Under the pieces are notes generated by a model. It was not told the DNA's origin and did no database searches. It was given only the letters and a program-made list of their open reading frames with translations. Shown piece by piece: positions 41,205-51,347 of a DNA stretch of 56,738 bases. The number at the start of each line of letters is the position of its first letter. The first letter of the stretch is position 1. Origin of the DNA: Caulobacter sp. (lineage in GTDB: Bacteria; Pseudomonadota; Alphaproteobacteria; Caulobacterales; Caulobacteraceae); NCBI GenBank assembly GCA_035627755.1, contig DASPLD010000221.1, forward strand, positions 1 through 56,738, in the 5' to 3' direction. Both the position numbers and the translations under genes were made by a program.

Positions 41205-42155
41205 TTAGGACGGCCAGCTCGCCAGCAGCGCCCGCAGCGCCGCCGCCGTGGCCAGCGGCTGGTCGATCATCACATGGTGGTCGGCGTCGGGGATCGAGAA
41301 CCGGACGATGTCATCGGGCAGCTCGCGCAGCATGAATTCCAAGGTCTCGGGGAACATCAGCTTCGACCGCTCCCCCCAGACCAGGGCCACCGGGCATCTG
41401 ACCTGGTGGAGCAGCTCGCCGAGGACCGGCATGGTGAAGTTGTGCCAGAGCTCCGGATCGAACTTCCAGGTCCAGCCCATGCCGGGGCCGTCCTCCAGCG
41501 GCGCCGGGCGCAGCGACTTCCGGGCAATCCAGTCGGCGATGTAGGGGTTCTCGCAGCCCTGCGGCGGGGCGAGACGGAAGCGGGCCAGGGCGGTGGGCAG
41601 GTCCGCATAGACCCGGTTGCCGCCCTCGCGCCGGGGCGGGCCGTTCCACTGCCGCTCGGGCGGGTGGATGGTGGAATCCAGCATGACGATGCCGCCCAGC
41701 CGCTCGGCGTGATGCACCGCGCAGTAGAGGGTGGGAAAGCCGCCGAAACTATGCCCGACCACGCGGGCCCTGTTTCCGTCCGCCTCCAGCCGGGCGGCTT
41801 CGATGGCCCCGAGGATCTCGGCCGCGAACAGGTCGGCGTCGTAGGCGGGGCGCCAGTCGCTGTCGCCCATCCCCGACCAGCTGATGGCGGCAACCCGATA
41901 ATCCTCGGCCAGCAAGGGAGCGATGAAGCTCCACCAGTCGGCATGGGCGCCGTTGCCGTGCAGCAGCAGAACCCCCGGCTTTCCGATCTCGCCCCAGGTG
42001 AGGAGTTCGATCTTCGCGCCTTCCACCGTGAAAAAGGACCGCTCCGGCTCGATCGCCAGGGCGGCGTCGAACCAGGCCGGGGCCGGCGGCTTGTCGCCGT
42101 TGAACGGGGCCAGCGGCGGAGGATGGTCCGGCCAGACCGGATGACCGTCAGCCAC
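41205..42155 (-). CDS. Alpha/beta hydrolase
   Basis: [16 protein letters not shown] nucleophile elbow, WKFDP, HHVM.DQP. Confidence 0.93.
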   Translation of the reverse strand: MADGHPVWPDHPPPLAPFNGDKPPAPAWFDAALAIEPERSFFTVEGAKIELLTWGEIGKPGVLLLHGNGAHADWWSFIAPLLAEDYRVAAISWSGMGDSDWRPAYDADLFAAEILGAIEAARLEADGNRARVVGHSFGGFPTLYCAVHHAERLGGIVMLDSTIHPPERQWNGPPRREGGNRVYADLPTALARFRLAPPQGCENPYIADWIARKSLRPAPLEDGPGMGWTWKFDPELWHNFTMPVLGELLHQVRCPVALVWGERSKLMFPETLEFMLRELPDDIVRFSIPDADHHVMIDQPLATAAALRALLASWPS

Positions 42156-42630
42156 GGGCCGCCTCCACGTCCGCGAAGGCCTTCTCGCCGGGCCGTGGCG
42201 GGCGCGGGCCGACGGTCTTGAAGATCCCCGTCCCGGTCATGATCAGCCTCTCGCCGGCCCAGATGCGGCCGCGGACGGTGAACAGGTCGTCCTCCTCGGC
42301 CACCAGCTCGGCCCGGCCCTCGATCCAGTCGCCGAGCTTCCCGCCGGAGAGGAAGTCGCAGGTCAGCCGCACGGTCACCCAGTAATGGCTGCGCGCCACG
42401 CTGATCACCCGGCCCCAGGCCATGTCGGCGAAGCTCATCAGCATGCCGCCGTGGGCGTTGGCCATGCCGTTGGTGTGGTGCTCCTCGACCCGGAAGGCCA
42501 GGGTCGCGCCGCCCTCGTCGTACTTCTCGTAGAGCGGCCCGATCTGGCGGCCGAAGCCCCGGGTCCAGTTGAGGATGGAATATCCCGGCGGGATATCGGC
42601 CGTCTGGGCCTCGGTCAGGTCGTCGGACAT
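42148..42630 (-). CDS. PaaI family thioesterase
   Basis: [18 protein letters not shown] hotdog-fold motif. Confidence 0.9.
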   Translation of the reverse strand: MSDDLTEAQTADIPPGYSILNWTRGFGRQIGPLYEKYDEGGATLAFRVEEHHTNGMANAHGGMLMSFADMAWGRVISVARSHYWVTVRLTCDFLSGGKLGDWIEGRAELVAEEDDLFTVRGRIWAGERLIMTGTGIFKTVGPRPPRPGEKAFADVEAARG

Positions 42631-42788
42631 GGGGGAAGTCTAACGATCGTTTGAATGCGGTGGAAGCGGGAACCTCTGTTTCCTCCCGCCTCCGCCCAGG
42701 CGCCTGGCCAGGTTGCCGCCACGACACCCTTGCCACGCCAATTTGCGGGCCCCACCCTCCCCGCAACGGCAGGTCGGGGGAGCGGTTG

Positions 42789-44234
42789 GTGAGCGCAGTC
42801 GAGACAGGGGCTCCGGCCGTCGTCACCCTCAGGCCGTCGATCCCCGTGAAGTTCGCCTATGGCCTGGGCCAGGCCGTGCAGAGCGGCGGGTTCGACGCCG
42901 CCCTGCCGCTGACTTTCTTCTACTACACCCAGGTGCTCGGCCTCTCCGGGGTGCTGACCGGCATCGCGGTCGGCCTCAGCCTCTGCGTCGACGCCATCCT
43001 GGACCCGCTGGTCGGCTCCCTGTCGGACAACATCCGCTCGCGGTTCGGGCGGCGGCTGCCGCTGATGGTGCTCAGCATCCCTCTGGTGGCGCTCGGCTTC
43101 GGCCTGATCTTCAGCCCGCCCCGCGGGCTGGAAGGTCCGATACTGTTCGCCTGGCTGCTGGGAACATCCCTGCTGGCCCGGGCCGCCACCTCGCTGTTCA
43201 ACGTGCCCTTCATCGCCCTGGGGGCGGAGCTGTCGGACGGCTACCTGGAGCGCTCGCGGGTGGTGGTCTGGCGGACGATGATCGGCCTGATCTCGGTGGT
43301 GGCCATCATCCTGCTCGCCTACCGGGTCTTCCTCACCCCGCCCGAGGGGCTGTTCAAGCTGGCCGCCTATCCGCCGCTCGGCTGGTCGGTGGCGGGCGTG
43401 CTGGTCGTCTGCATGGTCGCCTGCTGCGCCGGGATGGCCCGCTACGCCATGGCCCTGCCCCAGGCCGAAACGACAGAGCGCTCCATGCTCAGCCGCCTGC
43501 CGGGCGAGGTGAAGGAGATCTTCTCCAGCCGCTCGTTCCGGATCCTGTTCTTCTCCTGCCTGCTGATCATGGTGGCGATCGGGGTCAACGGCACGACCGG
43601 GGCGCATCACAACACCTACATCTGGAAGATCGGCACAAAGGAGATCGAGCTGCTGACCTTCGTGCTGCTGATCGGCACCCTGATCGGGGCGCCCGCGGCG
43701 CCGGCCCTCGCCCGCTGGTTCGAGAAGCGGTCGGTGGTGATGATCGGGGTCACCATGCTGAACCTGGTCTGGCTGGTGATGCCGATCCTCTGGGTCAGCG
43801 GCCTGTACCGGCCGTCGGGGCCTGCGGCGATCCCGGCCCTGCTGGTGATGATGGTGGTGGCGGGGATCGGCATCGGGCTGGTGCTGGTGGCCTTCCCGGC
43901 GATGATGGCCGACGCCGCCGACGAGCATGAGTTGCGCTTCCACCATCGGCGCGAGGGGCTGTACTTCTCCGGCATCACCTTCGCGGCCAAGGCGGCCAGC
44001 GGGGTGGGGGTGCTGCTGGCCGGGATCGGCCTGGACCTGATGGGCATGCCCGAGAAGGCCAACCCCGCCCTGGCTATCCCGCCGGACGCCCTGGTGCGGC
44101 TGGTGGTCGTGCATGGGCCGCTGGCTGCGGCGATCTCGATGATCGGGGTGGCGATGCTATGGCCCTACGCCATCAGCCGGGTGGTTCATGACGATATCTC
44201 GCTGAAGCTGCGCGGCGGCCCGTCGACGGCCTAG
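42789..44234 (+). CDS. MFS transporter, GPH (MelB-like) family
   Basis: DAILDPLVG.LSD..RSRFGRRLP, P..ALGAELS..Y.ERS, AMMAD..D.....R.EG; start uncertain. Confidence 0.9.
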   Translation: MSAVETGAPAVVTLRPSIPVKFAYGLGQAVQSGGFDAALPLTFFYYTQVLGLSGVLTGIAVGLSLCVDAILDPLVGSLSDNIRSRFGRRLPLMVLSIPLVALGFGLIFSPPRGLEGPILFAWLLGTSLLARAATSLFNVPFIALGAELSDGYLERSRVVVWRTMIGLISVVAIILLAYRVFLTPPEGLFKLAAYPPLGWSVAGVLVVCMVACCAGMARYAMALPQAETTERSMLSRLPGEVKEIFSSRSFRILFFSCLLIMVAIGVNGTTGAHHNTYIWKIGTKEIELLTFVLLIGTLIGAPAAPALARWFEKRSVVMIGVTMLNLVWLVMPILWVSGLYRPSGPAAIPALLVMMVVAGIGIGLVLVAFPAMMADAADEHELRFHHRREGLYFSGITFAAKAASGVGVLLAGIGLDLMGMPEKANPALAIPPDALVRLVVVHGPLAAAISMIGVAMLWPYAISRVVHDDISLKLRGGPSTA

Positions 44235-44827
44235 CCGGGCCGGCGCAAGGCCTCCATCAGGCCGACAAAACCCGCCTTGACCCGGTCGATGGCGGTCGGG
44301 TCGTCAGCCTGTCCCGCCCACAGCACCGCCTGGTTGACGGCGCCGTTGATCAGCTGGGCCAGCACCTCCGGATCGCCCTCGAGCGCGCCCGCGGCCACCG
44401 CCTCCCGAATCCCGGCCAGCAGCAGGCCGAAGCCGTGCTCCCGGTCCAGGGCGTTCCAGCGGTCCCAGCCGAGCACCGACGGGGCCTCGACCAACAGGAT
44501 GCGCCGGGCCGCCGGCCGGGAAACCTGGTCGATGAAGGCCAGGCAGCCGGCGATCAGGCCGTCGACCGGATCGGGCCTGGCCTCCACCGCCTCCAGCACC
44601 GCCGCGGTCGCCTCCTCGTGCAGCCGTCGGCAGACCGCCTCGAACAGCGCCTGCTTGTCCCTGAAGTGATGGTAGAGCGCGCCGCGGGTCAGGCCGCTGG
44701 CCGCCAGCACGGCCTGGGTGCTGGTCGCCGCATAGCCCTGGGCCGCGAACAGCTCGGCGGCGGCGGCGATCAGCGCCTCGCGGCTGCGGATCCGACGTTC
44801 GGCGTGGGGGCCTCTGGTTCTCGGCAT
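44231..44827 (-). CDS. TetR family transcriptional regulator
   Basis: AA.ELFA.QGY..TS......GLTRGALYHHF.DK..LF. Confidence 0.95.
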   Translation of the reverse strand: MPRTRGPHAERRIRSREALIAAAAELFAAQGYAATSTQAVLAASGLTRGALYHHFRDKQALFEAVCRRLHEEATAAVLEAVEARPDPVDGLIAGCLAFIDQVSRPAARRILLVEAPSVLGWDRWNALDREHGFGLLLAGIREAVAAGALEGDPEVLAQLINGAVNQAVLWAGQADDPTAIDRVKAGFVGLMEALRRPG

Positions 44828-44841
44828 GCTGTCCTATTTAC

Positions 44842-44858
44842 ATACAGACAGTCTGTAT
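44842..44858. promoter_or_regulatory. TetR operator palindrome
   Basis: ATACAGAC-A-GTCTGTAT perfect inverted repeat in the tetR/VOC divergent spacer. Confidence 0.8.
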
Positions 44859-44896
44859 ATTACTTTGATCGCCGTTCCGGTGCAAGGAGGCCCGCC

Positions 44897-45331
44897 ATGC
44901 GTTTCGTCGACCGCTATCCGATCATCGTCACGCCGAGGCTCGCCGACTGCCGGGACTTCTGGCGGCGGCTGGGGTTCGCCGTCAGCTTCGAGGCCAGCTG
45001 GTTCCTGCTGCTGCATGCCGAGGACGGCTCGGCCAGCCTGGCGTTCATGAGCCCCGACCACCCCTCGGCGCCGCCGGGGCCGGAGCCCTTCTCCGGCCAG
45101 GGCATGTGCCTTGAACTTCAGGTCGAGGACGCGGCGGCGGCCTATGAGGAGGCAGTGGCGGCCGGGCTTCCGATCGGCCTGGCGCTCGCCGAGGAGCCGT
45201 TCGGCCAGCTTCGCTTCGGCTTCACCGACCCTTCCGGCCTGTGGGTGGACGTGGTGGAGCAGATCGAGCCCGCGGCAGGGTTCTGGGACCGCTACCTGCC
45301 CGATCAGCGCGAGGGCCGGGTGACCACATAG
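44897..45331 (+). CDS. VOC/glyoxalase family protein
   Basis: SD AAGGAGG; FW..LGF, L.VED, EPFGQ.RF...DPSG..VDV. Confidence 0.9.
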   Translation: MRFVDRYPIIVTPRLADCRDFWRRLGFAVSFEASWFLLLHAEDGSASLAFMSPDHPSAPPGPEPFSGQGMCLELQVEDAAAAYEEAVAAGLPIGLALAEEPFGQLRFGFTDPSGLWVDVVEQIEPAAGFWDRYLPDQREGRVTT

Positions 45332-45702
45332 GCGAACACCGCCCCAAGCACCGCCCCCACCGCGCCGACGACCCAGAGGTTGTCGTACGTCAGGGCGAGG
45401 ACGGCCCAGCTGGCCGCCATCGCCGTTCCCGCCGCGATCTTGCCCGAGGTGGGTATGGCCCGCCGTTCCTCCCAGGCGACCAGCAGCGGCCCGAACCTCC
45501 GATGCCGCCGCAACCGCTCGGCCCATTCGGGCGCGCTGGCGGTGAAGGCCCACAGGGCGACCAGCAGGAAGGGGGTGGTCGGCAGCAGGGGCAGGAAGAC
45601 TCCGGCCGCCGCCAACAGCACCATGGCCACGCCGAGGGCCCGCAGGAGCAGGCGCCGGATCGCCCCGGCGGCTGGCTTGTCAGGGGGTTGGGGCGGGATC
45701 AT
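45304..45702 (-). CDS. YbaN (DUF454) family membrane protein
   Basis: G.FLPLLPTTPFLL.A.W.F..S...L..H..FGP....W....AIP...K. Confidence 0.92.
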   Translation of the reverse strand: MIPPQPPDKPAAGAIRRLLLRALGVAMVLLAAAGVFLPLLPTTPFLLVALWAFTASAPEWAERLRRHRRFGPLLVAWEERRAIPTSGKIAAGTAMAASWAVLALTYDNLWVVGAVGAVLGAVFAYVVTRPSR

Positions 45703-45809
45703 TCAGCTCTGACAATCCCTGGGCCACCGGCCGCCAGCCACGACACCGCAGACGATCTCATGGATCGCGAGGCCGTCAAGCCAAAGGCCTGCCTCCCGAC
45801 GACCGACGG

Positions 45810-45983
45810 CTAGCCTGCGTCGGTCTCGCCCTGGCCCGCCGCTTCGAGCAGCCGCTTCGCGGACGCGATAGCGGCCTCGACGGTCAACGAGGCGCTGAGG
45901 CCGTCCGGCCCGGTGATGACGATCTCGCCCTCGACGGCCTGAACCTCCAGGGGTGTGTCGAAGGCATTGAGGTGATTGTCCAT
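45810..45983 (-). CDS. 57-aa small acidic protein (below the ORF-track cutoff)
   Basis: MDNHLNAFDTPLEVQAVEGEIVITGPDGLSASLTVEAAIASAKRLLEAAGQGETDAG; TGAAC-N16-CATT at 45993-46017. Confidence 0.68.
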   Translation of the reverse strand: MDNHLNAFDTPLEVQAVEGEIVITGPDGLSASLTVEAAIASAKRLLEAAGQGETDAG

Positions 45984-46040
45984 GGCCGATCAAATGCGGC
46001 TCCGGCCATAAGGTTCAGCCCTTTCGCGCCGCCGGAGGCC

Positions 46041-46736
46041 TCAACGGCGAGTCTCGGGGTTCCGGCACCCACACCCGGCCGCGGCCAGCCGGCCGGGGTC
46101 GGTCACCGCGAACCAGCCCCGGCCTGCCCGGATGGCGTCGGCGGCGGTCAGGTCCGTCATCAGGGCGGTGACCGTGGTGCGACAGACCCCGACGCTGGCC
46201 GACAGGGTCTCCTGTGTCAGATAGAGCCGCTCGCCGCCCTGACGCCGGTCGTAGCTCCGAAGAATGTCCGCCAGCCTTTCCCGCGCCCCATGGGTGAGGC
46301 CGCAGGAGGCGATCGCGTGGGTCTCCGCCTCGGCCTCGGCGAGATAGACCCACAGCCGCTTCATTACCGCGTCGTCGGCCCGGGCCAGGGCGGGGAAGGC
46401 GGTCGCCGAAACGGACCAGGCTATGGTCGGGGTCAGCACGCGGGCCTCGAAGCGGGGGATCCCGCCCCCGAAGGCCTGCAGCAGGCCGACGGCGCCCTCG
46501 GAGGAGACCATGCCCACCTCGATCTCGCCGCCGTCGACGCTCAGCGTCCGCAGGGAGATCAGCCCGGACTCCGGGAAGAGGATGGTCTCTCCGGCCCGCC
46601 AGGGCGTCGCCCCGGGCTCATAGGTCGTCCGGGCCCCGATACCGGCCAGGGCGGAGAAGAACTCCGAGCTGCAACCCGTCAGAAGGCTGTTGCGGACGAC
46701 GGCCAGGGCGGTTGCCGGCGCGGTGATGCAGGACAT
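46041..46736 (-). CDS. Crp/Fnr family transcriptional regulator
   Basis: RN.LL, FPESGLISL, EVGMV..EG..G, H...ERLA..L, HTH LTQETL...VGV.R.TVT; start uncertain. Confidence 0.85.
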   Translation of the reverse strand: MSCITAPATALAVVRNSLLTGCSSEFFSALAGIGARTTYEPGATPWRAGETILFPESGLISLRTLSVDGGEIEVGMVSSEGAVGLLQAFGGGIPRFEARVLTPTIAWSVSATAFPALARADDAVMKRLWVYLAEAEAETHAIASCGLTHGARERLADILRSYDRRQGGERLYLTQETLSASVGVCRTTVTALMTDLTAADAIRAGRGWFAVTDPGRLAAAGCGCRNPETRR

Positions 46737-46832
46737 GGAGATGGGAGATCCCGGGATAAGCTGAACGGCGGCAGAATGCTGATCCGGTCGGGCGCCTGCA
46801 TTAACCTGTGCTAGCGGACGCCAGGTCATCCG

Positions 46833-46857
46833 GGAACCGTCCGCGGGGTGGTGTGTT
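46833..46857 (+). promoter_or_regulatory. SigT/EcfG-like promoter of the methyltransferase
   Basis: GGAAC-N16-TGTT. Confidence 0.6.
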
Positions 46858-46887
46858 TGGCATCCAGGGCGAACCTCGGGGTCAGAC

Positions 46888-47820
46888 TTGCCGGACAACA
46901 GACACGACGCACGCGTTCGGCTGCTGTCGCTGGTCGGCGCGCGGGGCTACCGGTTCGTAACGCCCACCAACGGGACCATCCGCCGGATGCATCGCCGCGG
47001 GCTGCCGGGCGCGCCGACGCTGCGGGATATCTTCGGGTGGTCGCTGCCGTTCGGCGAGGGCGTCCTGGACGACGACCTCGCCGCCGCGCTGGAGGCGGCC
47101 GGCGGGCTGGAGCTGACGGCAGACGGCTTCCGCAGCCGGCTCCGGATTTCGACCGTGGGGGAGCTGCTGTTCCTGCACTCGGCCTATCCGACCGATGCGG
47201 CGGATGCGGTGTTCCTCGGCCCGGACTCCTATCGCTTCGTCGTCCTCATCGAGGCCGCGCTCAAGGACCGCCGGCCGGAAGGACCGATCCTCGACCTCGG
47301 GGCCGGGGCCGGGGTCGGGGGACTGTTCGCCGGCGCGCGATGCCCGGGCTCCGCCGTCACGCTCAGCGACCCCAACCCCGCCGCCCTGGCGCTGGCCGCC
47401 GCCAACGCGGCCCATGCGGGACAGGCCGTCCGGCTTTGCGAGGCCAGCGGGTATGACGGGGTCGGCGGCGACTTCGGCCTGATCCTGGCCAACCCGCCGT
47501 TCATCGCCGGCGAGTCCGGCCGCATCTACCGCGACGGCGGCGATCTCCATGGGGCCCGGCTGTCCCTGGACTGGGCGAGCGAGGGGATGGCGCGGCTGCG
47601 GCCGGGCGGGCGGCTGGTGCTCTATACCGGCAGCCCGATCCTGCTCGGCGGCGAGGACCAGTTCCGCCGGCTTCTGGCCGACGCGGTGGAGTCGGAAGGC
47701 TGTACGCTCGCCTACCGGGAGCTCGATCCGGACATCTTCCCGTCGGAACTCGGTCGGGCGGCCTATCAGGACGTCGAGCGGATCGCCGCGGTCGGGGCGG
47801 TGATCACCCGGCCGGCCTAG
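46888..47820 (+). CDS. Class I SAM-dependent methyltransferase, NPPF (HemK/PrmC-like) type
   Basis: GYRF.TPT N-domain, VFLGPDSYRF, ILDLGAGAG, ILANPPF, ELDPDIF..EL...Y..VERIAAV. Confidence 0.9.
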   Translation: MPDNRHDARVRLLSLVGARGYRFVTPTNGTIRRMHRRGLPGAPTLRDIFGWSLPFGEGVLDDDLAAALEAAGGLELTADGFRSRLRISTVGELLFLHSAYPTDAADAVFLGPDSYRFVVLIEAALKDRRPEGPILDLGAGAGVGGLFAGARCPGSAVTLSDPNPAALALAAANAAHAGQAVRLCEASGYDGVGGDFGLILANPPFIAGESGRIYRDGGDLHGARLSLDWASEGMARLRPGGRLVLYTGSPILLGGEDQFRRLLADAVESEGCTLAYRELDPDIFPSELGRAAYQDVERIAAVGAVITRPA

Positions 47821-48637
47821 AGGCCTCGGCGATGGCCTCCACCGTCCTGGGCTGGTCGGCCGGGCGGCGGGTCTTCAGGTCGAGCCGGTCGCCGTCCGCC
47901 AGGACGTGGAGCCGGACATCGAACATCGACAGGGCGCACTCCGCCCGCCCTTCGGCGACGTTGGAGGCGGTGACCCCTTCGGCGTCCACCACATAGACCG
48001 CCCCGCGGCCCAGCACCTCGAAGGCGCCTTCGCGCAGCAGGATGGCGGTGTCCTCGTCGATGCCGATCCCCAGCACCCGCGGGCTCTGCGCGACCGCCCC
48101 GAGCAGTCGCCCGATACGGCCGCGCTCGGCGAAATGCTGGTCGATGATCACGTCCCGCACCAGGCCCAGGCCCGGCGCCATGTGCAGGTCGCCCAGCCGG
48201 TGGCTTTCCGAACTGGAGCCACGCACCAGCATGGTGTCGCTCATCACCGAGGCGCCGGCCGAGGTGCCGGCCAGGAAACCGCCGCCGCGCCAGATCTCGC
48301 GCAGGCGGGCCTCGAGGGGCGTGTCGCCGATCTGGCTGCTGATCCTCAGCTGGTCGCCGCCGGAGAAGAAGACCCCGGCGGCGTCATCGAGCAGCGCCAC
48401 CTTGGCCGGATCATGGGCCTGGGCGCGATCCTCGACATAGAGTTCGACCAGCTCGCCCACCCCGAGACCCTCGAACCCCTTCTGGTAGGATTCGAAATAG
48501 CCCTCCGGTTCGTGCGAGGCCACGGTGGCGATGACCAGCTTGCGGCCTCGCGCCTCGCGCGCGATGGCCTTGAGGATCCGGCGCTTGCCTTCCTTGTCCT
48601 CGTGCCCGCCGATGATGAACAGGGGACCTTCAGGCAT
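47804..48637 (-). CDS. cphB: Cyanophycinase (S51 serine peptidase)
   Basis: IIGGHEDK, FFSGGDQ, GTSAGA (Ser), IDQHF.ERGR.GRL (His), GIDEDT (Glu); no signal peptide; overlaps the cphA end. Confidence 0.94.
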   Translation of the reverse strand: MPEGPLFIIGGHEDKEGKRRILKAIAREARGRKLVIATVASHEPEGYFESYQKGFEGLGVGELVELYVEDRAQAHDPAKVALLDDAAGVFFSGGDQLRISSQIGDTPLEARLREIWRGGGFLAGTSAGASVMSDTMLVRGSSSESHRLGDLHMAPGLGLVRDVIIDQHFAERGRIGRLLGAVAQSPRVLGIGIDEDTAILLREGAFEVLGRGAVYVVDAEGVTASNVAEGRAECALSMFDVRLHVLADGDRLDLKTRRPADQPRTVEAIAEASRPAG

Positions 48638-51347
48638 GCATCACCGCCGGTTCAGAGACTTGGTCCCGTGATCCGGGCTTGAAGTCGAGGATCTGGCGCC
48701 ACACCCCCTCGACCGCGGTGGGCATGACGACCACCAGGTCGCCGGGCCTCGCGGCGCGCAGCGCGGCGTCCACCGCGTCGCGTTCGCAGAGGATCTGCTC
48801 GATGCGCCCCGGATCGGCGCCGGCCTGGAGGGCGCCGTCCGCCAGCAGGCTGACGACTTCGCCGGCCGGGCGGCCCCGTCCGTCCGGCCGCTCCCGGAAG
48901 ATGACGTGATCGAAGATCTGGCCGGCGATCCCGCCCAGTTCGCGGATGTCCTGGTCCCGCCGGTCGCCCGGCATGCTGGCCACCCCGATCACCCGCCCGT
49001 AGCTGGGCCGCATCCGGTCGATCAGCCCGCCCAGGGCGCGGACAGCCTCCGGATTGTGCGCATAGTCCATGATCACCCGGAAGCCGCCGACGTCGTGGAT
49101 GTTCAGTCGGCCGGGGTTCTGCTCGAACGACGAGCCGAAGGCGGCGAGCGCCTCGCGGATGGTCGTCACCGGGACCTTCAGGCCATGGCCGGCCAGGATT
49201 GCGGCCAGGGCGTTCTGCACGTTGAACTGGGCGGCGCCGTTCAGGGTCGCGGGGATGTCCTCCACAGCCATGACCTCGGTGCGCGCCTCGCCCTCCAGGA
49301 TGACGAGCGCGCCGCCCTCGACGGCCGCGACAATGCCGCCGGCCGCCAGGTGCTTCTGCAGCAGGGGCGACAAGGCCACGCCGCCGCTCATGGTGAAATA
49401 GGCGACCCGGCCGCCGGCGTGGCGGGCCATCCGCAGGGTGTGGGGATCGTCGCCGTTGAGGATGCTGAGGCCCCGCCGCGACACCGCCTCGACGACCACC
49501 GACTTGACCCGGGCCAGGTCCTCCAGGGTGTCGATCCCCTTGAGGCCCAGGTGGTCGGGCGCGATGTTGAGCACGATGCCGACGTCGCAACGGTCGAAGG
49601 CCAGGCCCTCGCGCAGGATGCCGCCGCGGGCGGTCTCCAGCACGGCCGCCTCGACGGTCGGGTCGGCCAACACCATCCGGGCGCTCTTGGGGCCGCTGGC
49701 GTCGGCGGCGACCAGCCGCTCGTCGTTGACATAGACCCCGCTGGTGTTGGTCAGGCCGACGGTCAGTCCCTGCCGGCGCAGGATGGCGGCGACCATCCGC
49801 CCCACGGTCGACTTGCCGTTGGTGCCGGTGACCGCGACGATCGGGATGCGGGACCGCGAACCCCGCGGGTAGAGCTGGTCGATCACCGCCCGGGCCACGT
49901 CGCGAGGCTGCCCCTCCGACGGCGCCAGGTGCATGCGGAAGCCTGGCGCCGCGTTGACCTCGACCACGCCCCCGCCGGTCTCGCGTACCGAGCGGGTAAT
50001 GTCCGGGGCAATGAAGTCGATGCCGGCCACGTCGAGCCCGATGGTCAGGGCCGCCCGGCGGGCCATGGCGGCATTGTCTGGGTGAATGACGTCGGTGCGG
50101 TCGATCGCCGTGCCGCCGGTGGAGAGGTTGGCGGTGGCGCGCAGCTGAATGGCGCGGCCTCTGGGGGGAACCGACTCCGGCGTCATCCCGACCCGGGCCA
50201 GCATCTCCTCGACATGGGCGTCGACGGCGATCCGGGTCATCACCGCCTCATGGCCGACGCCCCGCCGCGGATCGGCGTTCACCTGTTCGATCAGTTCGGC
50301 GACGGTATGCCGGCCATCGCCGACCACCTGCGCCGGCTGGCGCTCGGCGACCGCTACGACGCGGCCGCCGATGACCAGGATCCGGTAGTCCCGGCCGGTG
50401 TACTGCTGCTCGACGATCACCCGCCGCGAATGCCGGGCCGCCTGCCCGAAGCCCCAGCGGACCTGGTCTTCCGTGCGCAGGTCGAGGTTGACCCCGCGGC
50501 CGTGGTTGCCGTCCAGCGGCTTGACCACCACCGGCCCCTTGATCCGCCGGGCGGCGGCGACCGCCTCGTCGGCGGTGCGGACCACCTGGCCCTTGGGAAC
50601 CGCCACCCCGACCCGGTCGAGCAAGGCCTTGGTCAGGCTCTTGTCCCCGGCCGTCTCGACGGCGATCAGCGAGGTCTCGCCGGTGATGCTGGCCCGCAGG
50701 ATCTTGCGCCGGGCGCCCCAGCCGAGCTGCACCAGGCTCTGGTCGTTCAGCCGGGTCACCGGAATCCCCCGGCGGCGCGCCTCGTCGACCAGCGACTGGG
50801 TGGTCGGCCCGAAGGCGTCCTTGCGGACCAGGGCCGCGATCTCGGCGACGGCCCCGCTGAGGTCGAAGGGCTGGGTCAGGGACCGGGGGGGCGGCGCCAT
50901 CAGGTCGAGACCCTCCAGGCCCTGGAGCTCGGTCGGCAACAGGGAATGGGCCAGCTCCAGGGCGCAGCGCCCCGCCAGCCGGCCGGCCGCCTCCGAGCGG
51001 TAGGCGAAGAGGATGTTGTAGACGCCCGGCCGGCCCTTCACCGAGCGGGTCTTGCCGCGGGTGACCGGCGCGCCGGCCAGGGTCTGCAGCTCCAGGGCGA
51101 TATGCTCGACGACGTGGCCGAGCCAGGTGCCCTCCCGCAGCCTCCGGACGAAGCCGCCCGGTTCCTGGTAGCTGCAGCCGTGGCGTTCGAGCCCAGGCAG
51201 GCGGGCCAGGAGTTCGTCCACGAAATGCGGCAGGCGGTCGGACGGGAAGTCCTCGAGCGGACCGAGGTCCGCCATCATCCGGATCATCGGCCGGTGGCTG
51301 TGATCGTTCGGTCCCCGATAGGTTGATGCTTCCAGCACCCGCATCAT
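48630..51347 (-). CDS. cphA: Cyanophycin synthetase (CphA1 type)
   Basis: N-domain Cx19HxxEH, GPTT, ATP-grasp (VVKPLDGNHGRGV, ANLSTGG, EVNAAPG), Mur-ligase domain (VTGTNGKST, ETARGG, DHLG, DYAHN); SD GGGAGG. Confidence 0.96.
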   Translation of the reverse strand: MMRVLEASTYRGPNDHSHRPMIRMMADLGPLEDFPSDRLPHFVDELLARLPGLERHGCSYQEPGGFVRRLREGTWLGHVVEHIALELQTLAGAPVTRGKTRSVKGRPGVYNILFAYRSEAAGRLAGRCALELAHSLLPTELQGLEGLDLMAPPPRSLTQPFDLSGAVAEIAALVRKDAFGPTTQSLVDEARRRGIPVTRLNDQSLVQLGWGARRKILRASITGETSLIAVETAGDKSLTKALLDRVGVAVPKGQVVRTADEAVAAARRIKGPVVVKPLDGNHGRGVNLDLRTEDQVRWGFGQAARHSRRVIVEQQYTGRDYRILVIGGRVVAVAERQPAQVVGDGRHTVAELIEQVNADPRRGVGHEAVMTRIAVDAHVEEMLARVGMTPESVPPRGRAIQLRATANLSTGGTAIDRTDVIHPDNAAMARRAALTIGLDVAGIDFIAPDITRSVRETGGGVVEVNAAPGFRMHLAPSEGQPRDVARAVIDQLYPRGSRSRIPIVAVTGTNGKSTVGRMVAAILRRQGLTVGLTNTSGVYVNDERLVAADASGPKSARMVLADPTVEAAVLETARGGILREGLAFDRCDVGIVLNIAPDHLGLKGIDTLEDLARVKSVVVEAVSRRGLSILNGDDPHTLRMARHAGGRVAYFTMSGGVALSPLLQKHLAAGGIVAAVEGGALVILEGEARTEVMAVEDIPATLNGAAQFNVQNALAAILAGHGLKVPVTTIREALAAFGSSFEQNPGRLNIHDVGGFRVIMDYAHNPEAVRALGGLIDRMRPSYGRVIGVASMPGDRRDQDIRELGGIAGQIFDHVIFRERPDGRGRPAGEVVSLLADGALQAGADPGRIEQILCERDAVDAALRAARPGDLVVVMPTAVEGVWRQILDFKPGSRDQVSEPAVMHA

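Noticed and set aside
46888-47820. DNA adenine methyltransferase or restriction-modification system (NPPF motif)
   Set aside because: No nuclease partner or evident target-recognition domain; the architecture fits a small-molecule or protein N-methyltransferase.
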